Assembly (NCBI GenBank): GCA_037142235.1
Contig: JBAXBB010000002.1
Span: 1-55,339 of the forward strand
Reading direction: 5' to 3'
Source of the DNA: Actinomycetes bacterium
GTDB lineage: Bacteria; Actinomycetota; Acidimicrobiia; IMCC26256; PALSA-555
Length of the DNA stretch: 55,339 nt
The translations under genes and the position numbers were made by a program. This document shows, one piece after another, positions 34,377-42,246 of the stretch (its first letter is position 1; every line of letters starts with the position of its first letter). The notes below the pieces were generated by a model. The model did no database searches. It was not told the origin of the DNA and saw only the letters and a list, made by a program, of their open reading frames with translations.

Positions 34377-35504
34377 TCACCCGAACAGGGGCAGGCCGCA
34401 CAGCGCCCGCCCGATGAACTCCTGGAGGGCGTCGACCGTCGGCGCCATCACCGCCGATGCACGGGCGTCGCGGAAATGACGCTCGATGCCGATGTCCTTC
34501 CGGAAGGCGGCACCGCCACCGACGCGCATGGCGAGGTCGAGGACGTCGAGCGCCGTCCCGCCCGCCACCGCCTTCGACTGGAGCATGCGCAGCGGCGCGT
34601 CCTCCCGCCCGGCGAGCAGGGCGGCGACGGCTTCGGCGACGAGCGTGTCGGCGGCGTCGGCCCGGTTCTTCATCTCGGCGAGATGCTGGCGCACCACCGG
34701 CTGGTCGGCGAGCGACTGACCGAGGTGCTCGAGGCGCGCACCGGAGGCGTGGGCGACCGCCTTGCCGATCCCGGCGTCCATCAGCCCGAGGCTGCACGAC
34801 GCGTTGAGGATCTGGAACACGGGCAGGACCACGCCCAGCGCCAGGTCGAGCCCGGCGCCGTCGGCGCCCAGCCGTGCCCCGACGGGGATGCGGACCCCGG
34901 TGGCCCGCACCGGGCTCGAGGCGTTACCGCGCAGGCCGAGACCGTCGAAGGCGCCGACGACGTCGAGGCCCGGTGCGTCGGCCGGGACCAACCACAGCGT
35001 GGCACCGTCGGGGGCGGTGGCCGGCCGGCTGGTCCAGACGTAGGAGTCGGCCTCGCCGGCGGACGTGACCCAGCTCTTCGACGCGTCGAGGACGACGTCG
35101 CCACCGTCGGGGGTGGCGGTGCCGAGGGGTGCCCAGAACTGACTCCGCGATCCGGTCTCGGAGAAGGCGAGGGTGCTGAGGTGCTCGCCGGCGGCGATGG
35201 CCCGGCGGACGTCGTCGGGACCCTCCGCCTCGATGATGGCGACTGCGCTGTAGTGCATGCACACCACCATGGCGCTGCTCCCGCACACCCGGGCGAGCGA
35301 GCGCACGACGAGCGCGGCGTCGGCGAGGGTGCCGCCCAGCCCGCCGACCTCGGGAGCACTGATCAGGCCGAGCAGTCCGGTCTGGCCCAGTGCGGTGACG
35401 GTGTGGCGGGGAAAGGTGCCGTCGGCGTCGACATCGGCGGCGACGGGCTCGACCACGGACGGGATGAGTTCCTCGAGCACGTCGAGGACGGGACGGGCGG
35501 TCAT
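34377..35504 (-). CDS. ACAD-fold flavoprotein lacking the canonical catalytic-Glu motif (monooxygenase/oxidase-like)
   Basis: A 375-aa protein with ACAD architecture. The C-terminal region reads FRDARASAVMAPTVDALQEFIGRAL, where the neighbouring ACAD has STIYGGSAEVQRNIVARRLL. Confidence 0.75.
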   Translation of the reverse strand: MTARPVLDVLEELIPSVVEPVAADVDADGTFPRHTVTALGQTGLLGLISAPEVGGLGGTLADAALVVRSLARVCGSSAMVVCMHYSAVAIIEAEGPDDVRRAIAAGEHLSTLAFSETGSRSQFWAPLGTATPDGGDVVLDASKSWVTSAGEADSYVWTSRPATAPDGATLWLVPADAPGLDVVGAFDGLGLRGNASSPVRATGVRIPVGARLGADGAGLDLALGVVLPVFQILNASCSLGLMDAGIGKAVAHASGARLEHLGQSLADQPVVRQHLAEMKNRADAADTLVAEAVAALLAGREDAPLRMLQSKAVAGGTALDVLDLAMRVGGGAAFRKDIGIERHFRDARASAVMAPTVDALQEFIGRALCGLPLFG

Positions 35505-35567
35505 GACCGCATCGACTTCGTGACGGTGGCCATCGGGGCCTCCTTTCGGTGGGTGAGCCTGCAGTGT

Positions 35568-35577
35568 GACACGTGTC
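35568..35577. promoter_or_regulatory. perfect 10-bp palindrome GACACGTGTC in a divergent promoter region
   Basis: Lies in the 140-bp gap between ACAD-fold gene start 35504 (-) and SDR start 35645 (+). It overlaps a GTGTGACAC 9-mer that also occurs at 29443-29451. Confidence 0.25.
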
Positions 35578-35620
35578 GCGGCCCGGCACCGCTCCGGTAC
35601 GGTTCCGGCATTGCATCGGC

Positions 35621-35720
35621 ACGCCAGTTCCGGGGAGGACGACGGTGGGACGGTTCGACGGCAAGGTCGTGATCGTGACCGGCGCCGGGCGGGGCATCGG
35701 TCGGGCCCACGCCCGGGCGT
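35621..35720 (+). repeat. parent copy of the 100-bp duplication (SDR RBS and 5' end)
   Basis: Matches 32186-32285 at 98 of 100 positions. Confidence 0.9.
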
Positions 35721-36568
35721 TCGCGGCCGAGGGCGCAGCGGTGCTCGTCAACGACCCGGCCCAGCGGCCCGGGTCGGACGCGGTCTCGGTCGTGGCCGAG
35801 ATCACGGCCGCCGGTGGCATCGCCGAGCCCGACACCCACTCGGCCACCCTCGACGGCGCCGAGGCGATCGTGGCCCACGCGCTCGAGGCGTTCGGCCGGG
35901 TCGACGCCCTCGTCAACAACGCCACCGCGTTCGGCAACGGCGACCTCTGGCGCCTGGCGCCCGCCGACTGGGAGCGCACCATCGCCGTCAACCTGTCGGG
36001 CTACTTCGCCATGACCCGGGCGGTCGTGCCGGCCCTGGCCGACGCGGGCGGCGGAGCGATCGTCAACACGTCGAGCCAGTCGGGATTCGGCCATCCGTCG
36101 CTGGTGGCGTACTCCGCGGCCAAGGAGGGGGTGATCGGGCTGACGCGCACCACCGCGAAGGAAGTGGGTCGGTTCGGGATCCGCGCCAACGCCATCCGCC
36201 CGGTCGCCATCACCCCCGGGGTGACCGAGTACCACGGCCGGGCCAACGAATGGCTCGAGCTCATGGACCTCACCATGGGCGCGCGCACCGGCGGGCTCGA
36301 CCCCGAGAAGTTCTCACCCGCCAAGATTGCGCCGTTCGTGGTGTGGCTGTGCAGCGCCGCGGCGCACGACGTCAACGGCCGGACGTTCCTGGTGATGGGC
36401 GACCGCATCACGCTGCTGACCGAGCCCGAGCCGGCCGCGGCCATCGCGCAGCGCGGCGGCTGGACGCTCGACGCGCTCGACGAGATCGCCCCACGTGATC
36501 TCGTCGCGGGCCTCGAGAACCCGTTCCGCCTCGACGGCCACCCCCACCTCCAGGGCTTCCCCGACTGA
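35645..36568 (+). CDS. short-chain dehydrogenase/reductase (MFE-2 / hydroxyacyl-CoA-dehydrogenase-like)
   Basis: The GTG at 35645 is preceded by GGAGGA. Motifs are RFDGKVVIVTGAGRGIGRAHARAFAAEGAAVLVND, NNATAFG and YSAAKEG (YxxxK). Confidence 0.85.
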   Translation: MGRFDGKVVIVTGAGRGIGRAHARAFAAEGAAVLVNDPAQRPGSDAVSVVAEITAAGGIAEPDTHSATLDGAEAIVAHALEAFGRVDALVNNATAFGNGDLWRLAPADWERTIAVNLSGYFAMTRAVVPALADAGGGAIVNTSSQSGFGHPSLVAYSAAKEGVIGLTRTTAKEVGRFGIRANAIRPVAITPGVTEYHGRANEWLELMDLTMGARTGGLDPEKFSPAKIAPFVVWLCSAAAHDVNGRTFLVMGDRITLLTEPEPAAAIAQRGGWTLDALDEIAPRDLVAGLENPFRLDGHPHLQGFPD

Positions 36569-36602
36569 GCGCACCCCGGTGCACCGATAGGCTCCCATCC
36601 GC

Positions 36603-37820
36603 GTGGAACGTCTCGACCTCGTCGACCCCGGGCTCTACCTCGACGGGGTACCCCGCGACTACTTCCGGTCCCTGCGCGACCACGACCCGTGCGCGTGGCA
36701 CGACGAGTCCGACGGCCCCGGCTACTGGGTGCTGTCACGCTTCGACGACGTCGTCGCCGCCAACCACGACTGGGAGCTCTACTCGAACACCCTGAAGGGC
36801 TCGTCGATCGAGGAGGCCCGCTCGGAGGCCGAGCTCACGGTGCGGCGGCGCATCTTCGTCAACCAGGACCCCCCCGACCACACCCGCCACCGGAAGCTCG
36901 TCAGCGCCGCCTTCACCCCCGGGCACGTCCGGCGCATGGCCCCCCTCGTCGAGCAGACCTGCGCCCGGCTGGTGGATCGCCTCCTCGACGGGGGGGTCCA
37001 CGACTTCGTCACGATCGCCGAGGAGCTGTCGTTCCAGATGGTCGCCACGCTCTTCGGCGTCCCCGAGGACCACTGGCCCGAGTTGACCGCGATCACCCGG
37101 GAGATGGCCGACTTCCAGGACCCCGAGGTGAACCCCGGGCTCGCCCCACGCCCCGAGATGCAGCGGGCCATGTTCGAATACGGCACCCGCCTCCTCGCCG
37201 AGGTCCGCCACGACCGGGAAGCGCACTCCGGTGTGATCGTCGACCTCGTCGACGCCACCATCACCGAGGGCGGCACGGTCCATCGGCTCTCCGACGAAGA
37301 GATCGTGTCGTTCTTCCCCGCGGTGCTCGTCGGCGGCCTCAGCACGACGGCCCACACGATGGTCGAGTTCGTGCAGGCCTGGATCGAGGACCCGACCCGC
37401 TTCGCAGCGTGGGCCGGTAGCGACTGCCCCCCACCACTCGTCGAGGAGCTCCTGCGCTGGCGCGGACCGGTGATGTACTTCCGTCGGACCGCCACCCGTG
37501 ACCACGCGCTGCACGGTCAGACGGTGCACGCCGGCGACAAGGTGCTCCTCGCCTACGCGGCGGCCAACCGCGACGAGCGCCACTTCCCCGACCCCGACCG
37601 CTTCGATCCGGCACGCGACCCGCTCGACCACGTCGCGTTCGGTGGCGGTGGACCGCACTTCTGCATCGGCGCTCAACTCGCCCGGCTCGACCTGCGCCTG
37701 GTCTTCTCCGAGCTCCTGCGTCGGGTCGACCGGTTCGAGGCCGCCGGCGAGCCCCGCCGCCTCCGGGCCAACCAGTTCGCCGGTTGGCTCCACGCCCCCG
37801 TGCGCGCGTTCGCGCGCTGA
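36603..37820 (+). CDS. cytochrome P450
   Basis: Has the heme-Cys loop FGGGGPHFCIGAQLAR, ExxR (EELLRWRGP) and the I-helix LVGGLSTTA. It uses a GTG start. Confidence 0.9.
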   Translation: MERLDLVDPGLYLDGVPRDYFRSLRDHDPCAWHDESDGPGYWVLSRFDDVVAANHDWELYSNTLKGSSIEEARSEAELTVRRRIFVNQDPPDHTRHRKLVSAAFTPGHVRRMAPLVEQTCARLVDRLLDGGVHDFVTIAEELSFQMVATLFGVPEDHWPELTAITREMADFQDPEVNPGLAPRPEMQRAMFEYGTRLLAEVRHDREAHSGVIVDLVDATITEGGTVHRLSDEEIVSFFPAVLVGGLSTTAHTMVEFVQAWIEDPTRFAAWAGSDCPPPLVEELLRWRGPVMYFRRTATRDHALHGQTVHAGDKVLLAYAAANRDERHFPDPDRFDPARDPLDHVAFGGGGPHFCIGAQLARLDLRLVFSELLRRVDRFEAAGEPRRLRANQFAGWLHAPVRAFAR

Positions 37821-37830
37821 CCCCCGAGCC

Positions 37831-38607
37831 TCACTCCGCGGCGTTGCGCAGGTAGGCCTCGGGATCGGCGGCGCGGGCGCGCAGCTCGTCGAGGACCTCC
37901 GGTGCGGTGAGCACCAGGAACCGGTCGGCCTCGATCGCGTCAGCGACGAGCTCCCCCACCACCGCGGCGTCGACGATCGGAAAACTCGGACCGCGGGGCG
38001 TGATCCGTTCACCGTAGAACGTCATCTGCTCCACGATGTTGGTGGCCACCCCGGCCGGGCACACGCACGACACACCGACCCCCTGCGGGCGCAGCGCGAG
38101 CGCGAGCGCCTCGGTGAGGCCCACGACGGCGTGCTTGGTGGTGGTGTAGGGCAGCCGGTCGAACCCGTAGGGCAGCAGGCCGGCCGTCGAGGCGGTGTTC
38201 ACCACGTGCCCCGAGCCCTGGGCCACGAGCAGGGGGAGGAAGACCAGGTTGGACCGGACGATCCCCATGACGTTCACGTCGAACGACCGCTGCCACGCCT
38301 CGAGCGGGATGTCCTCGACCCGACCGACGGCGAGCACACCGACGTTGTTCATCACCACGTCGACCCGACCGAACCGCTCCAGGGCGAGGTCGCGTGCCGC
38401 CACCAGTTCGGCCTCCACCGTCACGTCGCAACGCTGCGCCACGGCGGCCGGGCCGATCTCGGCCGCGACGGCGGCGGCCCGGTCGGCGTCGAGATCGGTG
38501 ACGACGACCCTCGCGCCCCGGGCGGCCAGCGAGTGGGCCGTCGCCCGGCCGATGCCACTCCCGGCACCGGTGATCACAGCGACGGCGTCTTCGAGCACGA
38601 CAGCCAC
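37831..38607 (-). CDS. short-chain dehydrogenase/reductase
   Basis: Has ITGAGSGIGRATA, NNVG and YTTTKHA. I prefer the GTG at 38607 (RBS GAGGAG, 6-nt spacing). An alternative ATG lies at 38640. Confidence 0.8.
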   Translation of the reverse strand: MAVVLEDAVAVITGAGSGIGRATAHSLAARGARVVVTDLDADRAAAVAAEIGPAAVAQRCDVTVEAELVAARDLALERFGRVDVVMNNVGVLAVGRVEDIPLEAWQRSFDVNVMGIVRSNLVFLPLLVAQGSGHVVNTASTAGLLPYGFDRLPYTTTKHAVVGLTEALALALRPQGVGVSCVCPAGVATNIVEQMTFYGERITPRGPSFPIVDAAVVGELVADAIEADRFLVLTAPEVLDELRARAADPEAYLRNAAE

Positions 38608-38713
38608 GGGAAACTCCTCTCGGTCCGAGACCGGCATCATCACACAGCCCGTGGCCCACGGATGCCCACCGGGTCTAGGTTGCCGACGTCCACCCACCGA
38701 CCGGAGGCCCGAC

Positions 38714-39472
38714 GTGCCCGAGACCGACACCGACCAGATCTTCCGGCAGGTGATGACGTCCGAGCCGCCCACCGACGACTCGCCCTTCGTCCGCGCGACC
38801 CGCGACTTCCTCTTCGGATCGGTGTGGTCGCGACCCGGGCTCTCCCGCCGCGACCGGCGCTGGGTCACCCTGGCCTGCGTCGCCGCCGCCGACGCCCCGG
38901 GGCCGATCGACGCGCACGTCCGGGCCGCCCTCGCCAGTGGCGACCTCACCCTCGACGAGATGCTCGAGTTCGTGCTGCAGTTCGCCTGCTACTCGGGCTG
39001 GCCGAAGGCATCGCACGTCGAGGGGGTCGTCCGGGCCACCTGGAGCCAGCTGTGCGCCGAGCGCGGTGACCCCGCTCCCGAGTGGCCGGTGCGTGACGAC
39101 CGCGAGCTCGCCACACCGTCGGAGCGCATCGCCGCCGGCACCGAGGAGTTCACCGCCGTGAACTGCTTCCCGCCCCCGCCCGCCGACACGCCGTTCCTCC
39201 ACGTCGGGATGCTCGACTTCGTGTTCGGACACGTGTGGCGCCGCCCTGGGCTGTCGCGCCGCGATCGTCGCCTGATCACGATCGGGTGCGCGGGCATGGC
39301 CGACGCCGCGACGCCAATCCTCATGCACGTGGGCACCGCGCTCGAGACCGGCGACCTCACCGACGCCGAGATGGACGAGGTGGTGCTGCACTTCACCGCG
39401 TACGCCGGCTTCCCCAAGGGCGCGGCGCTCCACGAGAGCGTGCAGCGCAACCGGGAACGACTCGGTCGCTGA
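38714..39472 (+). CDS. tandem carboxymuconolactone-decarboxylase (CMD) domain protein
   Basis: Has two CMD-like halves (FLFGSVWSRPGLSRRDRRWVTLA... and FVFGHVWRRPGLSRRDRRLITIG...). The start is GTG 38714 or ATG 38753. Confidence 0.75.
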   Translation: MPETDTDQIFRQVMTSEPPTDDSPFVRATRDFLFGSVWSRPGLSRRDRRWVTLACVAAADAPGPIDAHVRAALASGDLTLDEMLEFVLQFACYSGWPKASHVEGVVRATWSQLCAERGDPAPEWPVRDDRELATPSERIAAGTEEFTAVNCFPPPPADTPFLHVGMLDFVFGHVWRRPGLSRRDRRLITIGCAGMADAATPILMHVGTALETGDLTDAEMDEVVLHFTAYAGFPKGAALHESVQRNRERLGR

Positions 39473-39490
39473 GCCGTCCGGACCAGCGCG

Positions 39491-40297
39491 TCAGGCCCGG
39501 AGGTGGGCACCACCGTCGACCATGATCGACTCGCCGGTGACGAACCGGCTCGCCTCGGAGCAGAGGAAGGCCACCACCGGCGCGATGTCGGACTCGGCGT
39601 CGCCGTCGTGGGGGATGCACTGGTTGGCGTACGTGGCTCGGTACGACGCCAGGCGTGAGGGGTCGTCGTCGGGCGGGGCGCGGTGGAGCGTGGACGCGGG
39701 CAGGATGCAGTTCGCCGTGATGCCGAGCGGCCCCCACTCCCGGGCCGCCGACCGGGTGAGAGCCCGGATCGCCTCGTTGGACGCCGAGTACGGCGCGTAG
39801 CCGAGCGGGCCGGTCAACCCCGAGGTCGAGCCCATCGTCACGAGGCGCCCCCACCCCGCGTCGCGCAGGTGCGGGAACACCGCCTGGAGGCACCAGAGGG
39901 TGGCGCGCGGTCCGGTGTCGAAGAGGGTGTCCCAGTCCTTGGGGGTCACCTCGGCGAGCGGCGTGGTGGTGCGGAACGACTGCGCGTTCGCGACCAGAGC
40001 GTCGATCCGCCCGAACGTCGCCACCGTGCGTTCGACCAGCGCGTGGACGGCCGTGCGGTCGGCGACGTCGAGCGCCTCCACCAGGTGTGGTGCCCCGCGA
40101 GCGCCGAGTTCGTCGGCGAGCGCGGCCAACGCCGCGGGCCGGCGGGCGCAGCCCACGACCGCTGCGCCACGGTCGGCGAGGTGCCGAGCGATCCCGAGAC
40201 CGATGCCCTTGGAAGCACCGGTGACGATGACCACCCGCCCGCTGAGGTCGGGGCTCCCGGGCTCGGTGGACGCGGGCGGAAGAACGGTCGGGCTCAT
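39491..40297 (-). CDS. divergent short-chain dehydrogenase/reductase (YxxxN instead of YxxxK)
   Basis: Has VTGASKGIGLGIA. The active-site segment reads YSASNEA, and NNAG is replaced by ANAQ. The ATG at 40297 overlaps the upstream stop as ATGA. Confidence 0.75.
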   Translation of the reverse strand: MSPTVLPPASTEPGSPDLSGRVVIVTGASKGIGLGIARHLADRGAAVVGCARRPAALAALADELGARGAPHLVEALDVADRTAVHALVERTVATFGRIDALVANAQSFRTTTPLAEVTPKDWDTLFDTGPRATLWCLQAVFPHLRDAGWGRLVTMGSTSGLTGPLGYAPYSASNEAIRALTRSAAREWGPLGITANCILPASTLHRAPPDDDPSRLASYRATYANQCIPHDGDAESDIAPVVAFLCSEASRFVTGESIMVDGGAHLRA

Positions 40298-41346
40298 CGC
40301 AGGCGCTCCTCGACCAGGTCGACGGTGCCGAGGTGGGCCAGCGCTCGGTTGGTGCGTCGGGTGGCGCTGAGCCCGATCTCGATCGGCTGCCACCGTGACC
40401 CCATGCCGGCGGTCGCCGCCGCCGACACCCAGGAGTAGAAGGCGTGCAGACGGTGCTGCTCCCAGGCCTGGGCGAACGTGAAGGTCACCCCCCGCTCGGC
40501 GAGGAGGTCGCAGTAGCGCCGGATCAGGTCCTCCTCGATCTCCTCACGGATCTCGGGCGGCACCGAGTTGCACAGGACGTACGTGACGTCGCGCATCCCC
40601 GGCGACCGGCAGATCACCGCCCAGTCGAGGAACCCGGTCCGGCCTCCGGCGCGGGTGTCGACGTAGAGGTTGCCGAGGTGGTTGTCACCGTGGACCAGCG
40701 TGCCCGTCCCCTCCCGCTGCATCGCGACCACGTCGGGGGCGTGGGCGAGATAGCACGCCGCGATCCGTTGGAAGTCGTCGTCCATGTCGGGGCCGAGCAC
40801 CGCCACGGCCTGCTCGATGAACTTGGGGTTGCCGCCGCCACCCCGGGTCCCCCGGACCACGAGCCACTCGAGATCGCCGCCGGACGCGAACCGGGGGGAG
40901 TCCCAATAGGCCGCGTGGAGCACCGCGAGCTGCTCGACGATGTCGGCGGCCCGCTCCGCGATGTCGGGGTCCTTCGGGCTCGGGAAGGTGGCACCGGCCG
41001 CCGCGAGGTCCTCGAGCACCATGATGTAGCCGGCGCCGTCGGTGTCGGCGAACCACAACCGGGGGACGCTCACCGGCACCTCGTGGGCAAGGTCGCGGTA
41101 GAACCGGGCCTCGGCCACCCCCATGCCGGTGGCGTCGACGAGCTGGCGCTGCTCGTCACCGAAGGGCGCCAGCTTCACGAAGACCGTGGGAGGAACGTCG
41201 GGCTCGCCCTCCAGGGCCACGACCGCCCGACCGGTGGTGCCGGTGTGACGGTCGCGCACGGTGGCGGAGGTCACGTCACGCCCGAGCACCCCGGCGAACC
41301 AGGGTGCCGTCAGGTCGTCGACGTCGCGGGGCAGGGGCAGGGGCAC
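40294..41346 (-). CDS. phosphotransferase (APH / ecdysteroid-kinase-like family)
   Basis: Has HGDNHLGNLY and FLDWAV kinase motifs. GTG 41346 (VPLPLPRD) is the first plausible start. The upstream part of track ORF 40294..42069 is Ser/Arg-rich. Confidence 0.75.
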   Translation of the reverse strand: MPLPLPRDVDDLTAPWFAGVLGRDVTSATVRDRHTGTTGRAVVALEGEPDVPPTVFVKLAPFGDEQRQLVDATGMGVAEARFYRDLAHEVPVSVPRLWFADTDGAGYIMVLEDLAAAGATFPSPKDPDIAERAADIVEQLAVLHAAYWDSPRFASGGDLEWLVVRGTRGGGGNPKFIEQAVAVLGPDMDDDFQRIAACYLAHAPDVVAMQREGTGTLVHGDNHLGNLYVDTRAGGRTGFLDWAVICRSPGMRDVTYVLCNSVPPEIREEIEEDLIRRYCDLLAERGVTFTFAQAWEQHRLHAFYSWVSAAATAGMGSRWQPIEIGLSATRRTNRALAHLGTVDLVEERLR

Positions 41347-41394
41347 GCGGTCTCCCGGTGTCGGGGCCGGTACGATCCGGCGCCGCCGGGCGCA

Positions 41395-41415
41395 GGATAC
41401 GCCACCGGCGCATCC
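41395..41415. promoter_or_regulatory. imperfect inverted repeat GGATACGCC-ACC-GGCGCATCC in a divergent promoter region
   Basis: The arms match at 8 of 9 positions. It lies between phosphotransferase start 41346 (-) and thioesterase start 41447 (+). Confidence 0.2.
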
Positions 41416-41446
41416 GGGCGACCCGACCGACGACGAGGAGCAGCAG

Positions 41447-42229
41447 GTGACCGCGCAGCAGTCCGGCGAAGGGTTGCCCCGCACCGCCCTCGACGACCTC
41501 GGGCTGCGGCTCGTGCCCGACGGCGACGATGCCGTGGGCGACGCCCCCGTCCTCCCGACCATGTGGTCGCCGGGCACCTCGTGCCTCCGGGTGACCGTGG
41601 CCGCCACCTGGGCCGACGCCGTCCTCGGGATGCACGCCATCATGGCCTTCGCCCCCCGCCTGCCCGTGACCCTCGACCTCGACGTCCACCTCTTCGACGA
41701 GATCGCCGACGCCGAGCACATCGCCATGCGGGCGCGCCTGGTCAAGGCCGGCTCGTCGGTGGTCGTGTCGGAGATGGATTTCCGCGACGGCAACGGGCGC
41801 CTGGTCGGGGTGGGGGGTGCGTCGTTCATGGTCGCTCCCGACCCGACGCTGGTCCTGCCGCCGGTCGAACTGATCTTCGAGCGCTTCGCCCACCGGCAGG
41901 GCGAGTTGACCGTGCCCCTCACCGAGCGCATCGGGTGCGTGCGCGAGAAGCCCGGGGTGGCGTCGCTGCCGTGCTCACCCGCCGTGCACAACGGCTCGAA
42001 GGCCATCAACGGAGGGCTGCTCACGCTGGCCGTCGAGGAGGCGGCGCTGTCGGCCGACCCGGGCGCCACGCGCGTGGAGTCGGTGCACCTCCGCTACCTC
42101 CGCGCGATCCGCACGGGCCCGGCCGTCGCCCGCGCCGACGTCCACCACCACCTGGGCCGGGTCACGGTGACCGATGCCACCACCGGCACGGTGGCTGCGA
42201 TCGCCACCACCCGCGCGGCCGGCGCCTGA
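41447..42229 (+). CDS. tandem hotdog-fold (PaaI-like) thioesterase
   Basis: The GTG at 41447 is preceded by GAGGAG. Two hotdog-like halves are present (…ARLVKAGSSVVVSEMDF… and …GRVTVTDATTGTVAAIATT…). Confidence 0.6.
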   Translation: MTAQQSGEGLPRTALDDLGLRLVPDGDDAVGDAPVLPTMWSPGTSCLRVTVAATWADAVLGMHAIMAFAPRLPVTLDLDVHLFDEIADAEHIAMRARLVKAGSSVVVSEMDFRDGNGRLVGVGGASFMVAPDPTLVLPPVELIFERFAHRQGELTVPLTERIGCVREKPGVASLPCSPAVHNGSKAINGGLLTLAVEEAALSADPGATRVESVHLRYLRAIRTGPAVARADVHHHLGRVTVTDATTGTVAAIATTRAAGA

Positions 42230-42246
42230 GCACCGCCGCCGGTCGG

